NCBI GenBank assembly: GCA_048939465.1
Contig: JBHLPL010000008.1
Location: forward strand, 1-32,000
Length of the DNA: 32,000 nt
Origin: Promethearchaeota archaeon
GTDB lineage: Archaea; Asgardarchaeota; Odinarchaeia; Odinarchaeales; JBHLKK01
Direction of reading: 5' to 3'
Position 1 is the stretch's first letter; each line of letters opens with the position of its first letter. The position numbers were made by a program, and so were the translations under genes. This document shows positions 9,532 through 18,225 of this stretch, piece by piece. Below the pieces are notes generated by a model, which saw only the letters and a list, made by a program, of their open reading frames with translations, did no database searches and was not told the origin of the DNA.

Positions 9532-10374
9532 CTATGTCGGAAGAAACTGGCTTACCCATGGCCAAAGCATTCCGATTGCCACAGAGAACAAAAAAACACC
9601 AAAGATGATTTTGAGTTTTTTGGACGAGATGCCCAAAGCTATACGTGGGCCCAAGTATGACCCAATGATGCTACCAATGACAACAACGATGCCTAACACA
9701 ACATCCAGACTACCAAAGACAGCATGTCCCATTGTTCCGCATATTCCTGTCATTATGATAGTAAACGTTGATGTTGCTACAGCTATGTGAATCGGCATCC
9801 CGCAAATGAAAACCATGACAGGAACAATTACGGCGCCTCCTCCGAGACCAAGCAACCCCCCCGCCAGCCCCGCGAAAAATCCTGCAATGAGACTCGGAAT
9901 TATCTGTATAATATACTCGCTCCTCCTTCCATTTGAGTCGATTATTGCTCGTTTCCAAGTGAATCTTTTGGGTGTGCACTCTGTCACCTCCTTTTCTCCA
10001 ACATTTGCCCGTATCATCATGGCCAAGCTGGTAGCCATAAGGACGGCCCCGAAGATTGCTTGGAGTCCTAATGATTCTAATTGAGTGGAGAGCAAGGCTC
10101 CTAAGAATGCTCCAACAGCAGCGGGGAGCCCTAATGCCAGTCCTACTCTATAATCTACCATATTCTTCCTTGCATAGGCGATCGTACCCGAGATCTTGGA
10201 AAAGATTATCATGAACATACTAACTGCCACTGCCGCGTGAATATCCACCCCAAATATCATGACAAGAATCGGGACTAGGAGAGATCCTCCTCCGATGCCT
10301 ATCATAGTAGATATACAACCTACTCCCACAGACATCAGCGAGACTGCCAACGCAATATACCACGGAAATATCAT
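9532..10374 (-). CDS. Sulfite exporter TauE/SafE family membrane protein
   Basis: Two repeated halves with GIGGGSLLVPIL and GLGGGAVIVPVM, and AVA.S motifs. Start placed at ATG 10374 because the in-frame extension to 10401 lies inside mobile element B1. Confidence 0.9.
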   Translation of the reverse strand: MIFPWYIALAVSLMSVGVGCISTMIGIGGGSLLVPILVMIFGVDIHAAVAVSMFMIIFSKISGTIAYARKNMVDYRVGLALGLPAAVGAFLGALLSTQLESLGLQAIFGAVLMATSLAMMIRANVGEKEVTECTPKRFTWKRAIIDSNGRRSEYIIQIIPSLIAGFFAGLAGGLLGLGGGAVIVPVMVFICGMPIHIAVATSTFTIIMTGICGTMGHAVFGSLDVVLGIVVVIGSIIGSYLGPRIALGISSKKLKIIFGVFLFSVAIGMLWPWVSQFLPT

Positions 10375-10379
10375 TCTAT

Positions 10380-10727
10380 CTTCTTCTCCACAGGGCTCCA
10401 TCCGAGAGGGTCAAGATGAATTGCGTTGTGTTTAAATGACTTTCTGGTAATTAAGTTTTGGGTTTGCTGCTCGCAAGAGGAGGGTTGCCCGTGGGCATGG
10501 ACATAAAACTCGGTCTGGGAGCGCAGGTCCTGCGGGCACGTCTTGCTCGACAGCGTGCTTGAGTGCTTGTGGTACAGTAGAGATCGAGCTCACCCGGAGG
10601 TGAAAGCCTTCCTGTGCGGTCATTGATCTAGAGCGTAAAGACCTGTCCTCTGAGGAGCCGAAGCGTCCTCGGGAGTATGAAGCCGAGAGGGAGAAAATTC
10701 CTTGTGAAAGCTAGGAGAAGTTCGCAC
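10380..10727 (+). mobile_element. Non-autonomous IS200/IS605-derived element, long class (copy B1)
   Basis: Left end CTTCTTCTCCA..CTCCATCCGAGAGGG..GATGAATTGCG and TTTAAATG (10431) match class A; the internal ~270 nt aligns with 14183-14539; degenerate right end GAAAGCTAGGAGAAGTTCGCAC. Confidence 0.7.
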
Positions 10728-10863
10728 AGTATTCTCCTAACACATTCTTCCTTCTCCTCTTGAATTTCTGGCAAAAACCTTCAATTGCTACTTAGGCTCT
10801 GTTCTTCACGATCGCTTTAGGCAGAAGAATCCACCAATATCGTTAAATCCTTTGGCATTTTAG

Positions 10864-11913
10864 GTGACATCTGAAATGTCCCAAGACGGAAAAAGCAAGA
10901 AGGAGTTGATTCGGGGAGTCTTCGACGGTATCGTTCCGGAAGAGATTCCACTGAACATCGAGCTGGGAGTCCCTGAGATTGAAGCGCAGTATGGGGACAT
11001 AGTCAATATATCGTGCAGGATTTCACGCTTCCGAAGGTTCTATGAAACCGGTGGTCCCTTTGGAAGGAGCAAAGGAACCATCCGGAGATGGGCAGAACGA
11101 TTTGACATAGATACATATAAGTGGCCTAATCCAAAGGCAATAGGTAAGACCCTAAGAGAAGAGATAGCTCATACTGTGAAACAATTTGGTAGCCGATTCA
11201 TTATCTGCAAGATACTGGGTCCAACTGAAACAGCTGAAGGATTCTGCGCTTCGGGTCAGGATGAAAAGGCAAAGCGTCTTGATCAAGTACAGCACAATTT
11301 CGATTTTGCTATGCTGTCCTTTCTAAATCCTGAATCTGCCGGCGAACTACATAAGAGAGTCACTACCTACATCGAGGAATGTATTCGAACTGCTGGAAGT
11401 CTAATGGAAGTCGATGCGATTAGAATCGCAGATGACGCCTTTGATTACAACCGACCCCTATATCCAAATGGCTTCATAGAAACCGTTTACTTGCCCACTC
11501 ACGAGATTCTTGCCAATCTCATTCATAACACAGGAAAGCTTGGGATTATGCACTGCGATGGAGACATTCTCATTCTCAATGTTGCCAAGAGACTAAGCAA
11601 CTTTTACCGTGGATTTCATCCCTTGGACCTGGTATCCAGGATTACCGCGAAAGACGCGCAGAATTGGATAAGACGCCTAGGGGAAGCCAGAAAAACCCTT
11701 CCCGAATCCGTTTTCTTCACGGGGATTCCAGTTGAATTCCTATATGATTCAAGAGTATCTTCAGAGGAATTATGCGAGGTCTGCAGGAAGGCGATACTGT
11801 CAGTAGGAAAAAGATATTTGGTTCTGAGTACGACTCACCGTCCTTTCCCAGGATCTAGTATTAAAACACAAGGTGTGATAGAAAAAATCGGGTCAATAAG
11901 GAAGCTGATTTAA
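10864..11913 (+). CDS. Uroporphyrinogen decarboxylase / MtaA-CmuA methyltransferase superfamily protein
   Basis: IADD..YNRPLYPNGFIETVYLP and GIMHCDGDI follow the URO-D family pattern DD..P..F..P / H.DG. Confidence 0.7.
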   Translation: MTSEMSQDGKSKKELIRGVFDGIVPEEIPLNIELGVPEIEAQYGDIVNISCRISRFRRFYETGGPFGRSKGTIRRWAERFDIDTYKWPNPKAIGKTLREEIAHTVKQFGSRFIICKILGPTETAEGFCASGQDEKAKRLDQVQHNFDFAMLSFLNPESAGELHKRVTTYIEECIRTAGSLMEVDAIRIADDAFDYNRPLYPNGFIETVYLPTHEILANLIHNTGKLGIMHCDGDILILNVAKRLSNFYRGFHPLDLVSRITAKDAQNWIRRLGEARKTLPESVFFTGIPVEFLYDSRVSSEELCEVCRKAILSVGKRYLVLSTTHRPFPGSSIKTQGVIEKIGSIRKLI

Positions 11914-11919
11914 AAAAAA
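11912..11919 (-). terminator. Oligo-T terminator of the thermosome-rpo6 unit
   Basis: A8 on the + strand (T8 on -) 8 nt past the rpo6 stop, at a convergent gene junction. Confidence 0.5.
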
Positions 11920-11926
11920 GAAGGAG

Positions 11927-12322
11927 CTAGTGTTTCACGGACTTGATAAGCATCTTAAGCGGTATGCTTTGAGACTCACCTGACGGTAGTCTCCTTAGAA
12001 TCATTAGCGGCAAAACACCCGCGTTTAGTTCTTCTTCGGCTACTTTGATGGGGTCCATTTTCCCTTCTGTAATATTGAGGATGATTGGTGCTCCCATGGC
12101 GATTTGGATTGCTCTAGCGCCGATTATTCGACTTTTTTCATATCTTGTTAGAGTGGGTGGACCGATTTCTATTTCCATCTCCTCTTTTGACTTTATGCTC
12201 CTTTTAGCTCTTTTTGGGGTTTTCCGTTTCTTACTGGTGCTCTCGGTGCTCTTCTTAGGGGCTTTCTTGGTTTTCTTAATCTTTTTTTGTGTCTTAGTAC
12301 TCTTCTTCTGGTCCCCCAACAC
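11927..12322 (-). CDS. rpoK: DNA-directed RNA polymerase subunit Rpo6 (K); start uncertain (GTG 12322 or ATG 12178)
   Basis: [41 protein letters not shown] is the Rpo6/RPB6 signature. Confidence 0.92.
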   Translation of the reverse strand: MLGDQKKSTKTQKKIKKTKKAPKKSTESTSKKRKTPKRAKRSIKSKEEMEIEIGPPTLTRYEKSRIIGARAIQIAMGAPIILNITEGKMDPIKVAEEELNAGVLPLMILRRLPSGESQSIPLKMLIKSVKH

Positions 12323-13937
12323 CTTCAGCTCCGGGTGGCCCTCCCATTTTTTCTTTACTTGATGCTATTACATCGTCAATCCTTAGAATCATCTCTGCTG
12401 CTTCGCCAGCTGACTTGATTGCCTGCTTCTTAACAGATACAGATTCCCAGACGTCAAGCTGACTCATGTCTCTGACCCCACCGTCGTACACGTCGACGCC
12501 TGTCCATTTCTCACCCTTTTCATGCCTAGCTCTCAGTTCCACTAATATGTCGATAGGATCGAGTCCGGCATTTTCTGCAAGAGTTCTCGGAACGGTTTCT
12601 ATAGATTCCGCGAATTTGGTCACCGCCAGCTGTTCTCTTCCACTGAAGCTTTCTGCGTAGTCTCTTATATCCTTTGCAACCTCGATCTCAGATGCGCCGC
12701 CGCCAGCTACGACCTTTGATTCGTGAATAAGGTTCCTAACAACGCATAGCGCGTCATGAAGCGCTCTCTCTGCTTCTTCAACTATCAACTCTGTTCCTCC
12801 GCGAATCAGTATGCTTACTGACTTGGGATTCTTGCAACCCTCAATGAATACCATGTCATTGTCTGAGATTTTTCGCTCTTCGACCAATTCCGCTTTCCCG
12901 AGATCTTCTGGTGAAATATCATCGAGGTTAGTAACGATTTTTCCTCCGGTGGCTCTGGCGAGCTTCTCCAAATCTGATTTCTTTACACGACGAACAGCCA
13001 GTATTCCCTGCTTAGCTAGGAAATGTTGAACAAGGTCGTCAATTCCTTTTTGACCTAACACAACATTTGCGCCGCTGGCCTTTATCTTATCCACTCTTTC
13101 CTTCAACATGTTTTGCTCTTCTTCAAGGAATGCCTGCATTTGCTCAACCTTAGTTATATTGATTTTGGCGTCAAACTCTGTTTTCTCGACTTCCAATGGA
13201 GCATCTAGGAGGGCTATTTTGGCATTAGTCACCCTCTTGGGCATACCTGGGTGAACTACTTCCTTGTCTAAAATGATACCATTTATATAAATTGTGTCCT
13301 CCAGACTCTCCCCCTGTACCTTTTCGACCTTGATGTTATCAATATCGACTTTGTAGTCCTCACCGACTTTGTCAGCAACCGACCGAACAGCTTTGACGGC
13401 TAGCTCAGCTAGACGATCTCGAGACCCCGCAATAACCTTGGTAGACATTGTAGTCCGGGCAGCCTTTCTGAGCATTTCCTCATTGTCAACTTCGAACTCT
13501 TCCGCGATTTGATCTAGTACTTCAATCGCCCTTTCCGCAGCCTTCCTATAGCCTTCAAGGATTATAGTTGGATGAATATTCTTGTCTAGTAATTCTTCTG
13601 CTCTCTTAAGCAGTTCTCCGGCAAGAACAACAGCGGTTGTTGTTCCATCTCCTACCTCATCATCTTGAGTCTTTGCGACCTCAACCATCATTTTTGCGGC
13701 TGGATGCTGGACATCCATTTCCTTAAGTATTGTGGCACCGTCATTTGTTATGGTTACATCTCCCAGGCTGTCCACAAGCATCTTGTCCATTCCTCTCGGT
13801 CCAAGAGCACTTTTGACCGCCTCGGCAATTACTATTGCAGCATTAATGTTTCCTCGCTGTGCATCTCTTCCTCTGGTTCTTTGCGCACCTTCCTTGAGGA
13901 TCAGCACCGGTGTTCCGCCTAAACCCGATTGCGCCAT
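12294..13937 (-). CDS. ths: Thermosome (group II chaperonin) subunit
   Basis: [41 protein letters not shown]; 547 aa. Confidence 0.98.
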   Translation of the reverse strand: MAQSGLGGTPVLILKEGAQRTRGRDAQRGNINAAIVIAEAVKSALGPRGMDKMLVDSLGDVTITNDGATILKEMDVQHPAAKMMVEVAKTQDDEVGDGTTTAVVLAGELLKRAEELLDKNIHPTIILEGYRKAAERAIEVLDQIAEEFEVDNEEMLRKAARTTMSTKVIAGSRDRLAELAVKAVRSVADKVGEDYKVDIDNIKVEKVQGESLEDTIYINGIILDKEVVHPGMPKRVTNAKIALLDAPLEVEKTEFDAKINITKVEQMQAFLEEEQNMLKERVDKIKASGANVVLGQKGIDDLVQHFLAKQGILAVRRVKKSDLEKLARATGGKIVTNLDDISPEDLGKAELVEERKISDNDMVFIEGCKNPKSVSILIRGGTELIVEEAERALHDALCVVRNLIHESKVVAGGGASEIEVAKDIRDYAESFSGREQLAVTKFAESIETVPRTLAENAGLDPIDILVELRARHEKGEKWTGVDVYDGGVRDMSQLDVWESVSVKKQAIKSAGEAAEMILRIDDVIASSKEKMGGPPGAEGVGGPEEEY

Positions 13938-14014
13938 TAATCACACACCTCACATGGTTTCTCATTTATCCGATTTTAATCGTAAAAGATTGTTTTAGTA
14001 GCAACTAGAACTTC

Positions 14015-14022
14015 TATATAAA
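14015..14022 (-). promoter_or_regulatory. Putative TATA box of the thermosome gene
   Basis: TTTATATA on the - strand about 78 nt upstream of the ATG; GAGGTG SD before the start. Confidence 0.55.
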
Positions 14023-14182
14023 CCTTACGCTCAAGAAGTCTTATGAACTATTAGAGATACTCTTATTCAAAGCAATAGGCTCCGATTTTAAAGGAATATT
14101 ACTGCGATCAGTAATCACAATCCTATTCCGATAGTTCCCAGAAGAATTCAAAGTGTCAGCCAACCCTATTCTGGTCAATTGT

Positions 14183-14539
14183 CTTTCCTTTTCTACGTGA
14201 GGACAGCCCACCGAGAGGGTTGAGACGAGTTGCGGTATCTTTAAATAACTTTTTCGGCAATTAAGCTTTGGATAGGATGCTCGTAACAGAAAGGTTGCCC
14301 AAAGGCATGGGTGCAAAACCCAGTCTGGGGGTGCAGGCCCTGCGGGTATATCATGCTTGGCAGGGCTGTCCCGTGTCTGCGGCGCACACAAAGGACGTGA
14401 AGCAGCCCGAAGGCGAAAATCTTCCTGTGTATCTGTAGATCCGGAGCACAGAAACCCCCCTCCGAGAAGCCAAAGCGTTCTCAGACGCTAAGGAAAAAGA
14501 GAGGGAGGAGGCCCTTTGCGGAAGCTGGGAGTAGTTCAC
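14183..14539 (+). mobile_element. Non-autonomous IS200/IS605-derived element, long class (copy B2)
   Basis: Degenerate left end (CCCACCGAGAGGGTTGAGACGAGTTGCG), TTTAAATA at 14240-14247, core collinear with B1, right end GGAAGCTGGGAGTAGTTCAC. Confidence 0.75.
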
Positions 14540-14562
14540 AGCTTTGACCTCCGGGCTTTAAG

Positions 14563-15381
14563 ATGAGTAGAATAGTTCCCTGGACAGACGGGGGTAGAAC
14601 TTTGAGTGGAAGTAACAATGTGGGAAGTATCGAAAGCGAATTGCAGAAAAGATTCGACAGTTTCATAGGTGCACTGGACTCCGTGATACGGAAACTTGAA
14701 TCGGGTTTGGAGGACCTAACCTCGTCTTCCGATACTAGGTTGAATGAATTCTCGGGAGTAGTTAATGGTCTAAAAAGCTCATTTTCTGATTTTCTTCAGA
14801 AATCTGAAGAACAGATAGCTAAACTGGTTGAAGATTCGGGAAGGATGAGCCGCGATCTGGAAGGATTGAAGACTGCTGGTTTTGATAAAGTGGTTAAAGA
14901 GTTTGAGAATCTACATACCCAGATGGATAACCTAAATACACAGGTTAGTAATGTTTCATCCCGCATCGAGAATTTCGGAAGGGACATGGGGGGTTTAAGC
15001 GAATCGGAAGAAAAGCTTGATAACGTACTTACAACGGTGTCACGGCAAGCAAGTATGATTGGCACCATAGATGAGAACTTAAACAAAGTGATCCCTGAGA
15101 TCCGCAAAGATGTTGAGCGGGTCATCGATATGACGGCTGCACTGACAACGGAACTCACGGCCCATCTTGACGCTATGAACGCGAAGATTGAGTCTTCTAA
15201 TAAATCACAGGAATCTCTTGAAAAGAGGATAGGGGAGCTTGAAAGCAGGATAAACAACAGACTAGAGAAGATTTCAACGGTCATAGAAAGTAGATTAGAT
15301 GGATTGCGGAAACAATTCGATGAAGATATGATTAGGTGGACAGAAAACACTGAAACAAGAGAGAAGTCTCTAAAGAAGTAG
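14563..15381 (+). CDS. Hypothetical coiled-coil protein
   Basis: 272 aa with a heptad-like L/I/V periodicity over most of its length; no catalytic motif. Confidence 0.7.
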   Translation: MSRIVPWTDGGRTLSGSNNVGSIESELQKRFDSFIGALDSVIRKLESGLEDLTSSSDTRLNEFSGVVNGLKSSFSDFLQKSEEQIAKLVEDSGRMSRDLEGLKTAGFDKVVKEFENLHTQMDNLNTQVSNVSSRIENFGRDMGGLSESEEKLDNVLTTVSRQASMIGTIDENLNKVIPEIRKDVERVIDMTAALTTELTAHLDAMNAKIESSNKSQESLEKRIGELESRINNRLEKISTVIESRLDGLRKQFDEDMIRWTENTETREKSLKK

Positions 15382-15440
15382 GAATGACGGGACCAAAAGA
15401 AAAGGTGTCAACCGCAGAAGCTTCAAAAATAAAGAGTATT

Positions 15441-16664
15441 TTAATACGCACTCGAAAGCAGTTGCACATTTCCTATGCGCACTTTCTTCAGTCCCGCTTT
15501 TTTGGCCACTTCCAAGCATTCATGAGCGTGGTTCCTACTCGTAACGGGCAAATCTGTCATGAAATAGTGAGGAAAGAAACCTAGTAGTGCATAGGGGATG
15601 TTCGGACTTATCTCAGCAATGAATCCTGCAATCTTTTGTACCTCCTCCTTGTCGATGTAACCAGGTATGAGCAGCGTGCTCGCTATCAAAGGGGGAGGGT
15701 CAGGTCTGGCTTCTATCATCTGTCCGAGCCGTTTGAAATTCTGAAGCGTATACTCGTTTGAAACTCCGCACAAAGCAATGTTCAGATTCTCATCAAAACA
15801 CTTCAGATCGAACTTCACACAACCCCCGCTCTCAAGAGAGAGTTCCATTGCTTTCATTGCCAGACTCCAATTCATAGAACCATTTGTCTCCCAGCAGACT
15901 CTAAATATCTGACCAAGTTCTTTTGCATTATTTGATGCTATCTCGGCGGTTTTCAGAGCATGAGGCATTTGAGGAGTCGGATCGCCTCCGAAAAAGCAGA
16001 TGCAGGAAACTTTGTCATTCACCTTGCCCGCTAAGTCCTCTGAACTCATAATCGGTTTTAATTGCCTAGTATTCTCCCTGAAATGCCAGTTTTGGCAAAA
16101 CATGCAGTCGAAGTTACACCCCCCCAAAAATACTGCCAAATTCGCATAACCGTATTCTGGTCCGTTGCGGTTAGCATATTTTGGATAGCCCGCCCCTGTT
16201 CCTGCTGGGCACACCCAGTCTGCCACACAGTTTGTCGGCAACGGGTCATAGTACCATGAGAGTACCCCTCGTTCCGGTATCCCTGCAAGCCTTACAAGCT
16301 TCTCACCGACGTTTGTGACCATACCACAGTATCCTTTTTCTCCGGGTAATATCTTGCATCTGTTTACACAGAATCCACAACTAATGCCCTCTTTGGGCGG
16401 CTGACTCGGCAAATCGTAAAGCCTCTTACTTTCTGCATGTTTCATTGAAGTATAGACCAGAGCCTCCTCGGGCTTATTCCTAAGACAACTAAGACACACA
16501 TCCACACCTCGTGATATGAGAATGCTTCTATTGCCACATATCTTGCACTCTGATTCTGCACAGCCCGGCTCTCTGAATATTCTGTACAAATTCGTTTCCT
16601 CAATATCTTCTGTATCAAGTGATAACCGGCAATGATCTAATAACAGTTTGCTCGATCCAATCAT
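15441..16664 (-). CDS. Radical SAM protein, PFL-activating-enzyme-like, with N-terminal Cys clusters
   Basis: CNFDCMFC (CX3CX2C), FFGGDPTPQ, ETNG, KFDLK, TLLIPG; additional CxxC motifs at the N-terminus. True start may lie downstream of 16664. Confidence 0.85.
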   Translation of the reverse strand: MIGSSKLLLDHCRLSLDTEDIEETNLYRIFREPGCAESECKICGNRSILISRGVDVCLSCLRNKPEEALVYTSMKHAESKRLYDLPSQPPKEGISCGFCVNRCKILPGEKGYCGMVTNVGEKLVRLAGIPERGVLSWYYDPLPTNCVADWVCPAGTGAGYPKYANRNGPEYGYANLAVFLGGCNFDCMFCQNWHFRENTRQLKPIMSSEDLAGKVNDKVSCICFFGGDPTPQMPHALKTAEIASNNAKELGQIFRVCWETNGSMNWSLAMKAMELSLESGGCVKFDLKCFDENLNIALCGVSNEYTLQNFKRLGQMIEARPDPPPLIASTLLIPGYIDKEEVQKIAGFIAEISPNIPYALLGFFPHYFMTDLPVTSRNHAHECLEVAKKAGLKKVRIGNVQLLSSAY

Positions 16665-16865
16665 AAACTGCAGTGCTGTAAAAACCTTTAGGTATTATCC
16701 ACGTCTTTATTCAAAAGATGGCAACGTCAAAAAATAAGACTTAAATCGGAACTTCATGAGGAGACAACCCCCAAAAAGGCTGATATTCATTAATGCAATT
16801 AGTTAAACTTAAAAGGGAGAGTCCATTTAACTAATAGCAAATCAAACAAAGATGAGGAATAAAGA

Positions 16866-17297
16866 ATGGCTGAGGGATTTGTCGGAGCTAAAATCGTTGG
16901 TGTAATTCTAGCAATCGTCGGAGTCCTACTGATCGTAGTTGGAGCAACCTCGTTACTTGCAATCTCAATTCCGGGCTTACCAGCTGAGATCATTACGGCA
17001 CTTGCAGCACTGAGTTCGAACGCCTACATAATGATTGTCTACGGCATCATCGCTATGGGTGTCTCGGTCGGTCTGTTCCAGGCCCAAGAATGGGCTGCTG
17101 GGGCGGCTGCCGTTTTGCTATTAATCGTAGTTGTTTCTTCGGGATTTACATTTTACACTCTCTGGGTTTCTATGGGTTTGGCTGGTATTTGGGGTGCCTT
17201 GACAGGTCTGAGCATACCCGTTTGGATTGATATCGGTGTACTTATAGTATCAATAATCTGCTTGGTCTATCTAGTTACCGCTAGTGGCTGGCGTTAG
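16866..17297 (+). CDS. Hypothetical membrane protein (about 4 TM helices)
   Basis: 143 aa, strongly hydrophobic, followed by a T8 tract. Confidence 0.7.
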   Translation: MAEGFVGAKIVGVILAIVGVLLIVVGATSLLAISIPGLPAEIITALAALSSNAYIMIVYGIIAMGVSVGLFQAQEWAAGAAAVLLLIVVVSSGFTFYTLWVSMGLAGIWGALTGLSIPVWIDIGVLIVSIICLVYLVTASGWR

Positions 17298-17319
17298 AAA
17301 ACCTCATAAATAACATCTC

Positions 17320-17327
17320 TTTTTTTT
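17320..17327 (+). terminator. Oligo-T terminator
   Basis: T8 run 22 nt after the stop at 17297. Confidence 0.5.
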
Positions 17328-17407
17328 AATTGTCTGTTTATGATTCCTGTTTCCCAATTCCTATTTGTACGTATCAAGAGGCTTGGAGGGTAGTCAATCC
17401 GGTTTGT

Positions 17408-18112
17408 TTAATGGGTTTTTGCTGCCATGATATAGGCATCTTCCCCATCCTGATAATATCTTTTGACGACGCTTGAGACTTCAAATCCCAGCTTCTTATA
17501 AAGACTGATAGCCGGAGCATTTGAAACTCTCACTTCCAATATATACTCGGAAGCTCCTCCTTCTTTCATTTCATTCATTGCCCTTTCCATTAATTCGAAG
17601 CCAACACCGTATCCCCTATAGGCATCTTCAACTGCTATTGACACAACGTGCCCCCTCTTGACCCAGGTGACATCAAAACTTGATCTCCCCTTCTCCAGCC
17701 GGCACATAATATAGCCGATTATTTTTCGATCACTAATGAGAAAATATCGTGAACCTTCCAGTTCCAAGAATCTAAACCCAGCGCTCAATGAAGACGAAAT
17801 CTCATAAAGTCTTGATAGCCTATCTTTCACCTGATCTTGGGCAATACCGGTGATTATTGCGTATTCTTCAGCTGTTAGGCCGTTTTTTCTTGTCGTGCGC
17901 AGAGCGTTCAGGATTCCTTCTAGTTCCTTTTCACTGGCTAACAGGAGTTCAGGATCCCTTTCTGCTACAACAAAAAGATTTGGATAGGTTCTGTGAAGGT
18001 TTTTGAAGAAAGAAGAGGGATAATTCTCCGGCAGGAAGGACATGTTGATCTCTACTACTTCATCAATATCTTCCTCTTTGAATTCTCTCAACCGCCAGAG
18101 CCTTTTTCCCAA
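17408..18112 (-). CDS. ard1: Ard1/RimI-family N-terminal acetyltransferase with a ~76-aa insertion
   Basis: LPENYP, GYIMCRLE, GHVVSIAV..YRG.GVG, LEVRVSN.PAI.LY.KLGF and YYQDGEDAYIM match archaeal Ard1/Naa10. Confidence 0.9.
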   Translation of the reverse strand: MGKRLWRLREFKEEDIDEVVEINMSFLPENYPSSFFKNLHRTYPNLFVVAERDPELLLASEKELEGILNALRTTRKNGLTAEEYAIITGIAQDQVKDRLSRLYEISSSLSAGFRFLELEGSRYFLISDRKIIGYIMCRLEKGRSSFDVTWVKRGHVVSIAVEDAYRGYGVGFELMERAMNEMKEGGASEYILEVRVSNAPAISLYKKLGFEVSSVVKRYYQDGEDAYIMAAKTH

Positions 18113-18225
18113 GCCGCCCTCACCTCTTCGGAATCACAAATTAGTAGTAATAACAACATATTTAAATTTTCCAAAGCCCAGTCTTTCCAAAAGACTTTTA
18201 TCATGATTGCTGTTCACTTCAACCT

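Noticed and set aside
10375-10401. N-terminal extension MEPCGEEDR of TauE
   Set aside because: It is mostly encoded by the left end of element B1; ATG 10374 is the more plausible start.
10432-14391. Paralogous-looking ORFs 10432..10623 (-) and 14041..14391 (-)
   Set aside because: Their similarity comes from reading the antisense strand of elements B1 and B2; no TnpB motifs are present.
10380-14539. Long-class cores as SRP RNA or RNase P RNA
   Set aside because: There are two diverged copies bounded by IS ends, and the conserved SRP helix-8 and RNase P core motifs could not be found.
17345-17400. GGAGGGTAGTCAAT as an eighth, decayed element end
   Set aside because: Only the tail resembles GGGGTAGTTCAC; the hairpin and left-end leader are not recognisable.
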